From Felis catus (Eukaryota), in contig NC_058376.1 of NCBI RefSeq assembly GCF_018350175.1, positions 74,772,001-74,836,000 of the forward strand: a stretch of 64,000 nucleotides of DNA, written 5' to 3'. The position numbers and the translations under genes were made by a program. Position 1 is the first letter of the stretch. Every line of letters begins with the position of its first letter. Positions 51,396 to 64,000 of the stretch are shown piece by piece. Under the pieces are notes generated by a model. That model made no database searches and was not told where the DNA came from. It saw nothing but the letters and a program-made list of their open reading frames with translations.

Positions 51396-52232
51396 GGGAC
51401 TTTTTTTTTTTTTTTTTTTTAAACAGAGAGTCTTTCTTAGTGGCCTAAAATCATACCCTTTGGAGGCATGCACATTCTTTCAAAATCCTTCTAAGGAGTA
51501 GAGATCTAGGCTAATAAGGAATTGCCAGGATAGGATCTGGTTTTGATGCTCAGAAGTGCATGTTTGCCATTGTCCATCCCAGAGAACTAGGAAGAGAGAG
51601 TGTGTACTAGGAAGTTGAAGTGTCTACTTAATGGCTTTTCAGGCAAAAACAGCAAGTGCCTATAAAGGGTCAGTTCTGAGCGCAGCGCACGATGAGGCTC
51701 TAGTAACAAACTCGGGGGCCTTCATATTTCATTTCAGAAAATTTCCATGTAGCTTCCTCCCGCTGTTTCTGCTATATGAGGAATAAGTAAAAGTTAGAAT
51801 TTCTATTATTTTGGTATCAAACTGTATCCCCTGTCGTCACAGTTATAGTGTCTGTTCTTTAATAAAAGTCTGATTGTGGGGGATTTCAACCTTATGGGGA
51901 GAAAAATCTAATCATCTTCCTTCTGAACTTTTGCATAAGCTCCCAGAACAGGAAAACAATTTTTTTTGAGTTTTAACATTATTGAAATAATTACATACAG
52001 AGTACCTGTGAGTAAATTCATTGGCCAATTAAAAAATAGCGAGAATATGCAAATAAAAGTGGAATATTTCATTACCCCAGGGATGATGTACTTTTCTAAC
52101 ATTTGTGGACTATTTACTAGTCCTATGCCCATTGCTATGCACTTCGATGTGATACTTTATTCACGGTAACCTCATTAGGTAAATACCATTACGATAGGCG
52201 CAAAAACCAAATGTTTCCGTTATTTCTCTATG

Positions 52233-52456
52233 GCAGGGGACCACAAACTATTGACTGTGGGTGAAATCAGGCCCACTAACTTATTTGAAAATAAAGTTTT
52301 GTTGGAAAACAGCTGCCTGCATTTGTTTGCAGATTGTCTCTGATTGCTGTTGTACCACAAAGGCAGAACTGAATGCTTGTCAGAGAGACCACGAGGCTTA
52401 CAAGGCTGAAAATATTTCCCGTGTGTTACTTTACAGAAGAACTTTGCTGACCCTAC
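52233..52456. mobile_element. MER58A (hAT-Charlie MITE)
   Basis: caggggaccacaaact...aaataaagttttgttggaaaacagc...tttacagaagaactttgctgacccct. Confidence 0.85.
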
Positions 52457-52494
52457 TCTTGTCCTTCTGATCGCTTTTATTTTTTTCTGACCTT

Positions 52495-52686
52495 ATTTTT
52501 ATTTATTTATTTATTTATTTAACACACACGTGTGGGGAAGAGGCAGAGGGGAAGAGAGAGAATCTTAAGTAGGCTCCATGCGGAGCACAAAGCTGACGCA
52601 GGGCTCCACCTCATGACGGTGAGATAATGACCTGAGCCAGAATCAAGAGTCGGTGGCTTAACCAGCTGAGCCACCCAGGCACTCCT
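52495..52686 (-). mobile_element. Can-SINE
   Basis: Reverse SINE with TTTA tail. Confidence 0.9.
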
Positions 52687-53249
52687 GATGTCATTAAAGA
52701 AAAACAAAACAAAACAAAACTCTTTCTTCATTGCCATGGTAAAATGCTACTTGTTAGGGTTGTCCAAGTTTTCTCATATACCAGTGATGGTTTAGTTAAG
52801 GTCTGGAAAGTTTTGGGCTGGTGGTATTTAAGGATCTGGACTGGCTGTCAGTGTGGTCAATAGATATTTACAAACTGCTGTGGTGGAAAGTACTCTGTTT
52901 GGAAGCCTGGGTTCTTTCTGATATGGATTTTTCCATTAACCATTCATTTTGTGTGAGGAGTCCCCCTTGCCTGGCTTCCTTCCCCACCCCCACCCACCAT
53001 CTCTAAATAGATCTAGATCTGTAGGATCTGTCTAATGTAGCTACATACCTATATCTTCATTTTGAGGTTGCCCAGACCCTTGCTTACCAGCATGAACATT
53101 GGTGTCCAGATCTATAAGAAGCATCACCTGTTGGAAATAGTACAGTCATTTATAACCAAGAGCCAGTGGATCCTTAGGTTCCCCCAAATCATGGAATTTC
53201 AGATATAGAAAATCACTCAAAGAGAATCTAGTCCAACACATTCATTTTA

Positions 53250-56200
53250 AAAAAATTCTTTTGTAACAATAATTGTAGATTCATATACATACGTTTGCAA
53301 GAAATACTACATAGAGATTCTGTGTACACTTTACCCATTTTTCTCCATTGGTAATATCTTGTAAAACTAAAGTAAAATGTCAAAATCAAGGAATTCATGC
53401 GGATAGGGCAAGGTACAGAACATTTCCATCACCACAAGCATCCTTCATTTTGTCTTTTTATAACTACATCCATTTTTTTTTCCCATCCACATGGACTCCT
53501 TTAGTCCTGGCAACCACTATTCTGCTTCTGTTTCTATAATTTCAAGAATGTTCTATAATATAATCATACAGTATGTGAACTTTAGGATTGGCTTTTTTAC
53601 TCAGCATAATTCCCTGGAGATTGATCTAAATCATTGTGTGTATCAATAGTTTATTCTGTTTTATTGCTCAGTAGTTTTCCATGATATTCCATGGTGCCCT
53701 GGTTTATTTAACCATTCATCCATTGAAGGACATCGTAGCTATTTCCAGTATTTGGCTATTATGAATAAAATTACTCTAAACATTTGTGAATAGGTTTTTA
53801 TGTGAAAATAAGTTTTTATTTTTCAGGGATAAACTCTCAGGAGAGCAACTGCTGGTTTGCAAGGTGTTTATATGTTTAGCTTTTAAAGAAACTACCAAAC
53901 TGTTTTCCAGTGTGGTTGTACTATTTACATTCCCACCAGCAGTGTATGAGTCATCCTGGTTCTTCAAATCTTTAACCATTTTGACCTCTTATCTCTAACC
54001 ATTCTATATATAGCTATAGTAATATCTCATTGTGGTTTCAATTTGAATTTTCTTAATAGCTAATGATTTTGAACATCTTTTTGTGTGCTTACTTGCCATG
54101 TGTATTTTCATATTTTTTGTCAATTATGTAATTGAGTTGTTTGGTATTTTACTGTTGAGTTTGAGAGTTCTTTATGTATTCTAGATACTAGTCCTCTATT
54201 GAATATGTAGTTTGCAAATATTTTCTCCCAGTCAAAAGCTTTTCTCTTTCTCTTCTTAACAGGATCTTTTGCAGAGCAAAAGTTTAAAATTTTTATGAAA
54301 TCTAATTTATAAATATTTTCTTTTGTGGATAGTGCTTTGGATGTCAGGTCTAAGAACTCTTTGCCTAGCCCTATGTACCTAGGTTGTTTCCTACTTTTTT
54401 TTCTTAAAACTTTATGTTTTATATTTAAGTNNNNNNNNNNNNNNNNNNNNNNNNNNNNNNNNNNNNNNNNNNNNNNNNNNNNNNNNNNNNNNNNNNNNNN
54501 NNNNNNNNNNNNNNNNNNNNNNNNNNNNNNNNNNNNNNNNNNNNNNNNNNNNNNNNNNNNNNNNNNNNNNNNNNNNNNNNNCAGTTGGGCAGAGTTATGT
54601 AGGTCTATTTCTTGGTTTTTATTCTGTTCCATTGATCAATGTGTCAATGCTACACAGTCTTGATTAAGGAAGTATAAAATAATTTTTTAAAATCAGGTAG
54701 ACTTGTTTTCACTTAATTCTCATTTTTTCAAAATTGTTTTAGCTATTATAGTTCATTTGCCTTTACAAATAAATTGTAGAATAACTGTTCATATCTACAT
54801 ACATTTTACTGAGATTTTGATAGGAATTGTGTAAATCTGTATATTAGTTTGAGGAGAATTAAAATCTCTACTATATAGGGGTGCTGGGGTCGCCCAGTTG
54901 GTTAAGCATCCAACTCTTGATTCTGGCTGAGGTCATGATCTCATGGTCATGGGATTGGGCCCCATGTTGGGCTCTGTGCTGAGTGTGGAGCCTCCCTGTG
55001 ATTCTTTCTTTCCCTCTCTCTCTGGCCCTCTCTCACCTCTCTCTCTCAAAATAAATAAATAAACTTCAAAAAATAATTAAATCTTTACAATGTTAAGTTT
55101 CCCATACCATGGACATGATGTCAGTCCATTTATTTAGAAGTTTCTTTGATTTCTCTTATCAGCATTTTGTAGTTTTAAACATGCAAGTCTTGTATGTGTT
55201 TCATGAGATTTATACCTAAGTATTTCATTTTTTTGAGAGGTTGTAAATAGTCTTGCATTTCAAATTTTAGTATTCAATGTTTATTACTAGGTTATAGAAA
55301 TATAATTAATTGATTTTTATAAGTTTATCTTGTATCTTATAACCTTCTAGGAGGGTTTTTTTTTTTTTTTTTTTGTAGATTCCTTGGGATTTTCATATAA
55401 AAACATATATCACATGCAGGTAGAAACAGTTTTATTTTATTATTTTTTTAATTACTTAATTATTTTTTTATTTTTTATTTTTTGAGAGAGAGAGAGAGAG
55501 GGAGGGAGAGCCTGAGCAGGGGCGGGGCAGAGAGAGAGGGAGACACAGAATCATAAGCAGGCTCCAGGCTGCAGCCTCCCAGCTGTCAGCAGAGAGCCCG
55601 ACGTGGGGCTCAAACCCAGGAACTGTGAGACCTGAGCTGAAGTCAGACACTTAACCAACTGAGCCACCCAGGTGCCCTTGGAAACTGTTTTAAATCTGTA
55701 TGCTGTTTGTTTCTTTTTCTTCTCTAGCTACAACTTCTTATGTTGAGTATGAGCAGTAAGAAGAGACATTTTCATCTTGTTCCTAATCTCACTGGGAGAA
55801 CATTCACTGTTTCATCATTACATATAGTTACCTACATGTTTTTAAAGATGCTTTGTGTCAAGGTGAGGAAGTTAGTTTTCATTTCTAATTCCCTGAGAAT
55901 TTTATCATGAATGGTTGTAAAATTTTGTCAAAAGTTTTTTCCATGCCAATTGATATGATCATGTGGTTTTTATTTAAAAAAATTTTTTAATGTTTTTATT
56001 TATTTTTGAGACAGAGAGAGACAGAGCATGAGCAGGGGAAGGGCAGAGACAGAGGGAGACACAGAATCCAAAACAGGCTCCAGGTTCTGAGCTGTCAGCA
56101 CAGAGCCTGATGTGGGGCTCGAACTCACAGACTGTGAGATCATGACTTGAGCTGAAGTCGGACACTCAACCGACTGAGCCACCTAGGCGCCTCTGGTCAT

Positions 56201-56380
56201 GTGTTTTTTTTTTAATCTGTTAAGATGGTGGATCACATTGATTTTTGAGTGTTAAAGTAGCTTTATATCCCTGGAATAAATCCTACTTGGTAATGGTGTG
56301 TAATTCTTCTAACATATTGCTGCATTCTATGTGTTAGTGTTTTGTTCAGGGTTTTTGCTTCTGTGTTCCTGAGGAAGATN
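53250..56380 (-). mobile_element. About 3-kb old L1 (L1MD-like) 3' UTR and ORF2 remnant with three nested Can-SINEs (54878-55075 +, 55430-55678 -, 55970-56192 -)
   Basis: ORF-track fragment LGKEFLDLTSKA...KLDFIKILNFCSAKD...WEKIFANYIFNRGLVSRIHKEL is degenerate L1 ORF2p C-terminal sequence. Confidence 0.9.
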
Positions 56381-56850
56381 NNNNNNNNNNNNNNNNNNNN
56401 NNNNNNNNNNNNNNNNNNNNNNNNNNNNNNNNNNNNNNNNNNNNNNNNNNNNNNNNNNNNNNNNNNNNNNNNNNNNNNNNNNNNNNNNNNNNNNNNNNNN
56501 NNNNNNNNNNNNNNNNNTACTATGTGTGAGTCCCTGTGCTAGCTATTAGATATACAAAGAAAAGCCCTAGGCTCAATATCTGGCAGAGGATAGACTTCAG
56601 TGGGCTAGTGCTATGACAGCAGAACACACGAGATTCTGAAAGAAGCTACAGCCAATTCCTGGAAGACTTCACTGGAAAAGTGCCAATTGAAAAGAATCTA
56701 GATGCATGAACAGGAGTTTACCAGCAAGCCCAGTTAGGGGTGAAGGACATTCTAAGTCACGGAGACACAATGTACAAAGGTATTGACATGGGAAAGAACA
56801 AAGCACATTCCATTCAGAGAACTGACTGTTGCTTGGCAAAGCTGATGTGC

Positions 56851-56891
<41 letters not shown>

Positions 56892-57419
56892 TGGAGTGGG
56901 ATGCAAAGAACAGAGAGCTGAGGCTAAAAAGATAGTGTGGGGAAGATTAAGAACTTTGCATGCCATTCTAAAGGGATTTAAGAATTTTAAGTAGGTACCC
57001 AACTACTTTCTGGGCATTAGCACTATAGGTCACATCCTGAGAAACTCTTCAGTCTTGGACAAACTGGGATGGCTGCTCACTGTAGTAAGGAATTGTAATC
57101 AAGTGTCTGTTTTAGAAAGGTAACTCTGTAGCAATGTGGAAAACAATGTAGACAGAAGCAAAACTGGACACAATGCCTCTTGCGGTGATTCTAGTGTGAG
57201 CACAGGTTGAACTAATGAAGTATCAGGAAGGGAGAAGAGGAGACCAACTTGAGAAATATCTAGGAGACATAATCAATAGACATCGAACTAATTAGATGTG
57301 GAGGGAGAAGGAAAAAATATTAAAGGGAATCCCTAGATTGCTGAGTCATATAACTGGATGTGTAGAAGCAGTGGCGGAGTGTGTGGTTAATGTGTTTGGT
57401 TGTATTTATTTATTAAAAA

Positions 57420-57630
57420 GATTTTTGTTAATGTTTATTTATTTTTGAGAGAGAGACAGAGCGTGAGTGAGGGAGGGGCAGAGAGAGAGAGGGAGACACG
57501 GAATTTGAAGCAGGCTCCAGGCCCTGAGCTGTTAGCACGGAGCCTGACACGGGACTAGAACTCACGAACCGTGAGATCATGACCTGAACTGAAGTCAGAC
57601 ACTTCACCGACTGAGCCACCCACGTGTCCC
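57420..57630 (-). mobile_element. Can-SINE
   Basis: Reverse SINE flanked by tgtgtttggtt repeats. Confidence 0.9.
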
Positions 57631-57948
57631 GCTTGTGTTTGGTTTTAAACTTAAGTTTAATTCTGACTGAGGAGGCTTTGTAGAGAAAGTTTTATTGCAA
57701 AGTGTTTTTAAAGATTGCTAGGATTTATTTTTTGCTGGGCAAGGAAACAAGAAGGTTGGGGCAGGCCTCGGCAAAACAAAAATAAAAAACCTGCTTGAAT
57801 TAAGGCATATTGGTGAGTAGGGTATTTCTATGAATGTGAGTAGTTACATGACCTACTCAGTTTAGGTGCTATTTTGCCTGATATGACTGATTAGACTAAG
57901 GGAAATAAGAGAAGACAAAGGTTGCTTCGCCATAAATATAGGATAAGG

Positions 57949-58150
57949 CAAGGCTACCCAACTGGTGTGCCATGAATGGCACTAGGGTGCTAGAGATGGA
58001 GTACAGGGGTTCTTGCAGGACTGTTGGGATATTGATCCTCTCTAGTTTTAAGTAGCCTCATCTATTTATCTGATCTGCACTGTGCAAATATTGTCATTTT
58101 ACTATGGGTGTCATTTTCCATGTAATTATGGAAAAGATGTGGGAGCACTG
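57949..58150. mobile_element. hAT-Charlie MITE remnant (MER112-like)
   Basis: Ends caaggctacccaac and tgggagcactg, with internal gatattgatcctc and aaatattgtcattttactatg. Subfamily is uncertain. Confidence 0.5.
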
Positions 58151-60668
58151 TACTGAGGGAATCCTTTCTTTTGTTTAAGTTAGAGTTAAATTGACTTCAA
58201 AGTTACTGAAGTTTTTATTAGAATGCAAAATAACAAAACAAAAATTAAGTTTCTATTTCTTTCTGACTCATAGACTTTATTTTTTCACAGCTTTATTGAG
58301 ATGAGATTACATATAACATTGTGTAAGGTCAAGGTGTTCCATGCAATGATTTGATATACGTACATATTGTGAAATGATGAAGTTCTTTATAAACAAAAAC
58401 TTTGGATCTTTTTTCACCATCCCTGGTGGGACAAATGCTATTCTTTCTAAAAACTATACACCCATTAAAATAAAAGCAGCTGAAGTTTAGGTCATTTGTC
58501 TGCTGTTTTTGAAATTAGTGGGAGTGTAGCTATTAGTATTTGAATTCTTGCAGAATGACTATTATGAGATAGGGAAAGAACTTGATTAAAAAAGAACGAG
58601 CAAAATATACTGATATTCATATAAGAGTGTGTAACCTTTCCCCTCTTTTATTGTGAAATATATTCTTATATATATTAATATTATATATTATATCTATATA
58701 AAATGCACGAATACTTTTGTACAGATCAGTGGATAATTATAAGGTGAACATTTATTAACCATCATCTAGGTTAAGAAATAGAATAATGCCTAACCAGTTT
58801 AGAGAAACCAGTTAGAGGGGAGCATTAGTGTGATATTGTGAAATTTGAATATGGTTTGGGTATTAGTTGAGATAAAAAAATCACTGACCTGGAAAAAATG
58901 GAGGCCAGTGAATGAAAAAAGCAGACTGTATAAGAGCATTTACAGTATGGTTTCATTTCGGTTAAAGAAACAACATATATGCAGTTAAGTTGTTAATTGT
59001 GGTGATCTCTGCGTTGTGGGAATGTCAAGTTTTCATTGGTATTTTTATTTTCTGATCTTTAAAGTGTGCTTGGGGGGTTGCTTGGACAGCTCAGTCAGTT
59101 AAACATCTGACCCTTAATTTCGGCTCAGGTCATGATCCCAGGGTTGTGGGATCCAGCCCCGCTTCTGTATTAATAAAAGCATAACGCCTCCCAAGATGAT
59201 GTCACAAATATCTGGCCCAGCATTTAGTGTCCCGAATTACTCTGTATCAGTTGGGTGTGACATCCCAGGATATTAGAAAAAGGTAGATATTCTGGTCTCC
59301 TTTATGTCCCACTATTCTCCCAAACAATTTTCCATTCTTACCAAGTTACTCATTTCCCTATTACTTACCCTAATTTCACCTTTTGCCACATCTGTCCATT
59401 TGCTTGAAATTCCTCAGCAGGTTAGGAAGTCCCTTTTCTGTCAGTCAAAACCAGAATCATGCATCATGGCTTGACGGTGACCTCTTACTGAATCGCGAGA
59501 AACCTTCCCCGAGGCTGTGCTCAGTTCTGACTGCCAGTTATGGAAATGAATCAAGTTGTCTTGTCACCCTGGGGAATGCTGTTGCTCGGTTGGTGAATCT
59601 GGAGCAGTGGCCAGGGAGTCACCCTGTGACATGGTAGCCCCCTTTCTCCGAGCCAAGCATGGGGCTTCCTGCACGTGGCGCACACCCTTTCCCAGAGGGC
59701 TGAGTTCTCCAGCAGGTGGTCTGCACGGTATGGTGGCACCAATCTGCACAAATAGTGCAACAAAAACCATCTTCTATTTTTCTTTCAAATGATGGAGCTT
59801 GAGTGAGGGCCACGTGGGCAGCTTTGAAGTGGAAATAGGCATCTCCGTAGAAGGAATTTATGACCTTAGAGGGGCACCTATGAGGGGAATGCAAGCTGTC
59901 ACATACTTAGTATCGGGGAAGTTCTTATTGTTACAGTACTTACAGGTATCCAAATTTAGAGGGATTCAGGAGATCATATAATCCAAACCCCTCTCTGACA
60001 GATGGAGAAACTGAGGCCCAGAGAGGGAAAAGGGATTGTTGTAGAGGACCGCAGTTCAGACGAGAACCCCATCTCCAAGCCAGTCTTTTTTTTTTCCTAC
60101 ACCAGTGGTTGCGAAATTGTGGGCTCTGACCCTTGATGAGAGTTAAACTTATTGCTTTGGGTCCAACAAGCATTGGTGTAATGTCTATAAGCAAAAGTAG
60201 AACTCAGTCATTTGAGAGTGTATGGCATTTTTTTTTGAAATGTCATATGAGTGTGAAAAAATATATACAACCACTTTAATAATAATTCAAAACCCATATG
60301 ACCGTTGCCTGAGTCAGAAAATGGAACACCACTAGCCCTCCAGAGATTCTCCTGGGGTCTGCCCTAACAAGGACCCATCTCTGTTGTCCTTCCAACCCCC
60401 ATGCAGAAGTAACCTCTCACGTGGCTTGTATAATTATCATTTTCTTGCCTTTTAAAATGTTTTTTTCTAACTATGTCTGCATCCCATACCAGTATTTTAA
60501 AGGCTCAGATGACTGAAATCATACTGATCATCTTCTTTTGTATTTTGCTTCTTCGGCTTATTATATTGGTGAGATGTATCCATGTTGCTGCACAAAACTG
60601 TAGTTTATTCATTGTCAGGGTGTCAGAATATAGCATTGTAAGACTTTACTTTTTAAAAAGTTAATGTT

Positions 60669-60885
60669 GGGGCGCTTGAGTGGCTCAGTCATTTAAGCTT
60701 CCGACTTCGGCTAAGGTCATGATTTTACAGTTCGTAGGTTCAAGCCCTGCGTTGGGCTCTGTGCTGGCAGCTCAGAGCCTGGAGCCTGCTTCGGATTCTG
60801 TGTCTCCTTCTCTCTCTGCCCGTTCCCTGCTCACACTCTGTCTCTTTCTCTCTCTCTCTAAAAAATAAATAAATATTTTTTAAAA
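60669..60885 (+). mobile_element. Can-SINE nested in an old minus-strand L1 fragment (about 60230-61100)
   Basis: SINE flanked by ttaaaaagttaat-like repeats, with L1-like sequence on both sides. Confidence 0.88.
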
Positions 60886-61262
60886 AGTTAATTTTATTGT
60901 TGGTGGACTTTTAGATTGTTTCCAGCTTTGAATTTTCCTTGTTTGTGTCTCTTGGTAACACAGGTGCACAAGTTTCTGTAGAGAAGATACTTACGTATAG
61001 AACTGCTGGATCACACAGTGTGCATATCTTTAACCATACTATGTGATGCCAAAGTGCCTTCCAAAGAGGTCTTGACAATTTCTCTCTTGCCAACAATGTG
61101 AAGCAAGGGTTCCTCATTATAAAAACGGGTGGTAATCATTGTTCTCTCACATGCTTTCTGTTCATTTCCACTACATGGAAAGTAGTGGCCCTCTCAATGA
61201 GAAAGCTAGGTAATATAATGCTTCTAGAATGATTTTTATCTACACAGGCCCTTGTTTAGTCA

Positions 61263-61353
61263 TATATATAGATATAGATATAGATATAGATATAGATATA
61301 GATATAGATATAGATATAGATATAGATATAGATATAGATATAGATATAGATAT
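61263..61353. repeat. (GATATA)n hexanucleotide microsatellite
   Basis: About 14 perfect GATATA units. Source of the poly-(DI) ORF. Confidence 0.95.
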
Positions 61354-61850
61354 GTGTATATATAGATACAATCAATATATTTATATTGATTTTATGTTGT
61401 TTGAACAGGTAGAAACAGAGCTGTTCTGGTTGAAAGGGCAGTGTTTTGTGGGGGCATGTGTGTTAAGTGGGAGGGAGCTCAGAGTACACCTGGGCCCCAG
61501 CTCAATGTCTGGCACATGGTGTAATTATTAGTAGGGTTATCTGAAAATGGAACAGCCTTCCCCAGGAAGTAGAGTTTGCTTCATTGGAGGTGTGGGAGTT
61601 CCATATTGTGAAAGAAATACAGGATCGGGTCGTTTCTGATCTTTTCTAAAATCTTATGGTAAGTGACAAATAATCATACCTGGGGAGAAAGACATATAAC
61701 AATACTTGGGAATATAATTTATTATCCAGATCAGTTGTCTATTGGTCAAAGAGTAGGAGTCCGACTGACTTTGGAAGGAGATCATTGCTTTTCCTAGGCT
61801 CTCTTTCTATATGCCTTGGTTTAAGAAGTCTCTTAAGATCTCAGCTTCCT

Positions 61851-62055
61851 GAGGCACCTAGGTGACTCAGTTGGTTAAGCATCTGACTCTTGATTTCGGC
61901 TCAGGTCATGATCTCACAGGTCATGATCTCACAGAGAGTTGGGCTCTGCAATAATAGCATGGAGCCTGCTTGGGATTCTATCTCTCCTTCTCTCTCTGCA
62001 CCTCTCACCCTCGTGCTCTCTCTCAAAATAAATAAACATTAAAAAAAAAAAAAAA
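61851..62055 (+). mobile_element. Can-SINE with internal 15-bp duplication
   Basis: caggtcatgatctca is repeated twice where the B box should be. Confidence 0.9.
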
Positions 62056-63340
62056 CCTCAGCTTTCTTCCCTGAAAATATTTGACTGGATGTTTGCTGTG
62101 ATTCATCAAGTTGTAATAGTCTATGATTACCATTTTTGGCTTTTCTGTTTACCAGTCTAAAAATATTCCAATCTAAGAAATTACAATATAATTGGATCCA
62201 TTTGTGCACTCAAACAGTATTTGTGGGCCTATCATGTGCTGGGAACTGTTCTACTCTGTGCCAGGGATCCCGCAATGAAAAAGACAGACAGAAGTTCTGC
62301 TCTTGTGGAATACTGCCAGGAACAGATCACAAAAAAAAACTAAATAAAAATATCAAATGGGGATAAAGGGCTTGTGGAGGTTTAAAATAGGATGATGTGC
62401 TACAGAGTGATTGGGTGACTTCCTGAGACCATGTGGTCAAGGAAGCCAAAATCTCAATGATAAGGAGGGGCCAGATATGTTGGGGCACCCCTGAGGGTTT
62501 AACAATTAACCTTAAGTCTAATCGCCCTCACAATAACAACCGCCTAGTTTTGAATAATGTTTCCAACCACTGCTATTCCATTTCAGTGTCCTAACAGTTT
62601 TGTGAGGGAGGCATAAGTGTTCTTAACTTTTAAGTGGGACAATGATTTCCAGATGATAAAACTAGTAAGTGGCAAAGCCAGGTCTTGACTTCAAGTATTT
62701 GGTTCTTCTTACACGTGGCTTTTTCCCCTGCTCTGCCCAGCCTTGGGTGTTTACACTGTTCAGTGAGTAGACTGCCCTGACAGGATGGTAGCCCTACATA
62801 CAGACCTGTCTGTGCTTTGTCTTATGTCACTCAGGTGTCACCAGAAACATTTTCATTTGAGCACCACATGAGAACCTAGAATATGCCTCTTGCCCAAGAT
62901 TGCCAGACCAGAAGATTAGCATGTTGCTGGCAGAAACCACCATCTGGTTGCTGGGTGGAGTCCCTCATGCCTAGTTCCCCTCTCTCTGCAGTTTGAAGCT
63001 TGTGAAAACCTGTTTGAGGGGAACCTAAGAACGTGTCTGAGCAGCACCTCAATTATGTCAAATAGCTCAAATGTGAGCAATTAGCAAGAGTTAAGCCCTG
63101 TCCCCCATGACACCTGCCAGATGACGATGTCAGACAGCTGAGAAGCAGCCTGGGGGGGCGGGGGGAGCGTGGTGGGGTGGGGGAGGGGGCCGTGTTAAGT
63201 AAGAAGGACCTGACTCTGTTATCTATCAGAAGGCTGACGAAAGGTACATTCTTTAACTTCTTTGAACCTTGCCTTCCTTATTTCTCTCCCACCGCTGAAA
63301 TTAACTTTGTTATAGAGTTTTGATGATTAAATCAGAATGT

Positions 63341-63546
63341 GGGGGTGCCTGGGGGGGGCTCAGTCTGTGTCCAACTCTTGATTTCAGTTCGGGTCATGAT
63401 CTCATGGTTTGTGAGTTCCAGCCCTGCATTGGGCTTTTCACTGACAGCGCGGAGACTGCTTGGTATTCTGTCTCTGTCTCTCTCCATCCCTCCCCTCATG
63501 CTCTCTATCAAGATAAATTGAAATAAACTTTAAAAAAAATGTTTAA
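63341..63546 (+). mobile_element. Can-SINE
   Basis: TSD AAATCAGAATGTGG at 63329-63342 and 63547-63560. Confidence 0.9.
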
Positions 63547-64000
63547 AAATCAGAATGTGGAAAAATATATATTTAGGGTGACTGGGACATAATATAAATT
63601 ATTTACACAAACTATGTTTTCATGAGCTTCAGCCACGCAAGGTGGACAATTATTGATGGGGCAGGTTGTTACCACCCTGTCTGCCACTGATGGCTGGAAC
63701 ACTTTGCTTTTCTGCCAGCCAACTGGTGTCACAAAGAGGAGTTTCCACAGCCCAGGCTGGCAGCATCCTGGGCTGAGAAGAAGAAACTCTGATTAGCTGA
63801 AGGACACTGATGTCCCACACATGTCTGTTCTTTTTGTTTCCGTAACCAGATTGCTGCCCAGCTAGAAAGGCCATGGGCAGCAGCCTCTTCCCCTGACTTG
63901 GCCTGAGGACACCCCCTTTTAGGGAAGCCAGGAGAGGTCCATTTGCTGGTTGGGGAGGGGCAAAAATGGAGGTGTAGATTTTAAGTGTTCAGCAACTTTT

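Noticed and set aside
54120-54632. ORF resembling L1 ORF2p
   Set aside because: Degenerate, frameshifted L1 remnant, not an intact or domesticated gene.
61229-61531. Poly-(DI) 100-aa ORF, and similar HT, CV and CYVML repeat ORFs elsewhere
   Set aside because: Translations of microsatellites.
7407-63546. Recurrent MAQSV...EPASDSVSPSLSAP and RERERE ORFs, and tRNA-like A/B boxes
   Set aside because: These are translations of Can-SINEs. The boxes belong to tRNA-derived SINE heads, not to real tRNA genes.
39847-64000. ATP13A4 exon 2 or other coding exons in this interval
   Set aside because: No segment encoding the expected EIFGYRTQG... was seen, so intron 1 appears to extend beyond the window.

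Overview
Mammalian genomic DNA, almost certainly a felid: it is rich in tRNA-derived Can-SINEs of the SINEC_Fc type, and the many short N gaps suggest a short-read assembly. The window holds the 5' ends of two divergently transcribed genes. OPA1 is on the minus strand: CpG-island promoter at about 9.9-10.5 kb, coding exons 1-4 complete, and the first 18 nt of exon 5 at the window edge. Exon 4b is not visible and probably lies in the N gap at 608-795. ATP13A4 is on the plus strand: the first coding exon is 39784-39846 and intron 1 runs off the end of the window. The rest is intronic or intergenic sequence filled with SINEs, L1 and L2 fragments, MaLR/ERV LTRs, hAT MITEs and microsatellites. Nearly all ORFs in the supplied track are spurious. 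I found no evidence for a genuinely new biological system. The best second-look items are an out-of-frame uORF overlapping the OPA1 start, a possible long-range ATP13A4 transcript from the OPA1 CpG island, a twin-primed L1, a target site hit three times by retrotransposons, and CTCF-like motifs. Gene and repeat-family names come from recognition and memory, not from database searches. Repeat boundaries are approximate.
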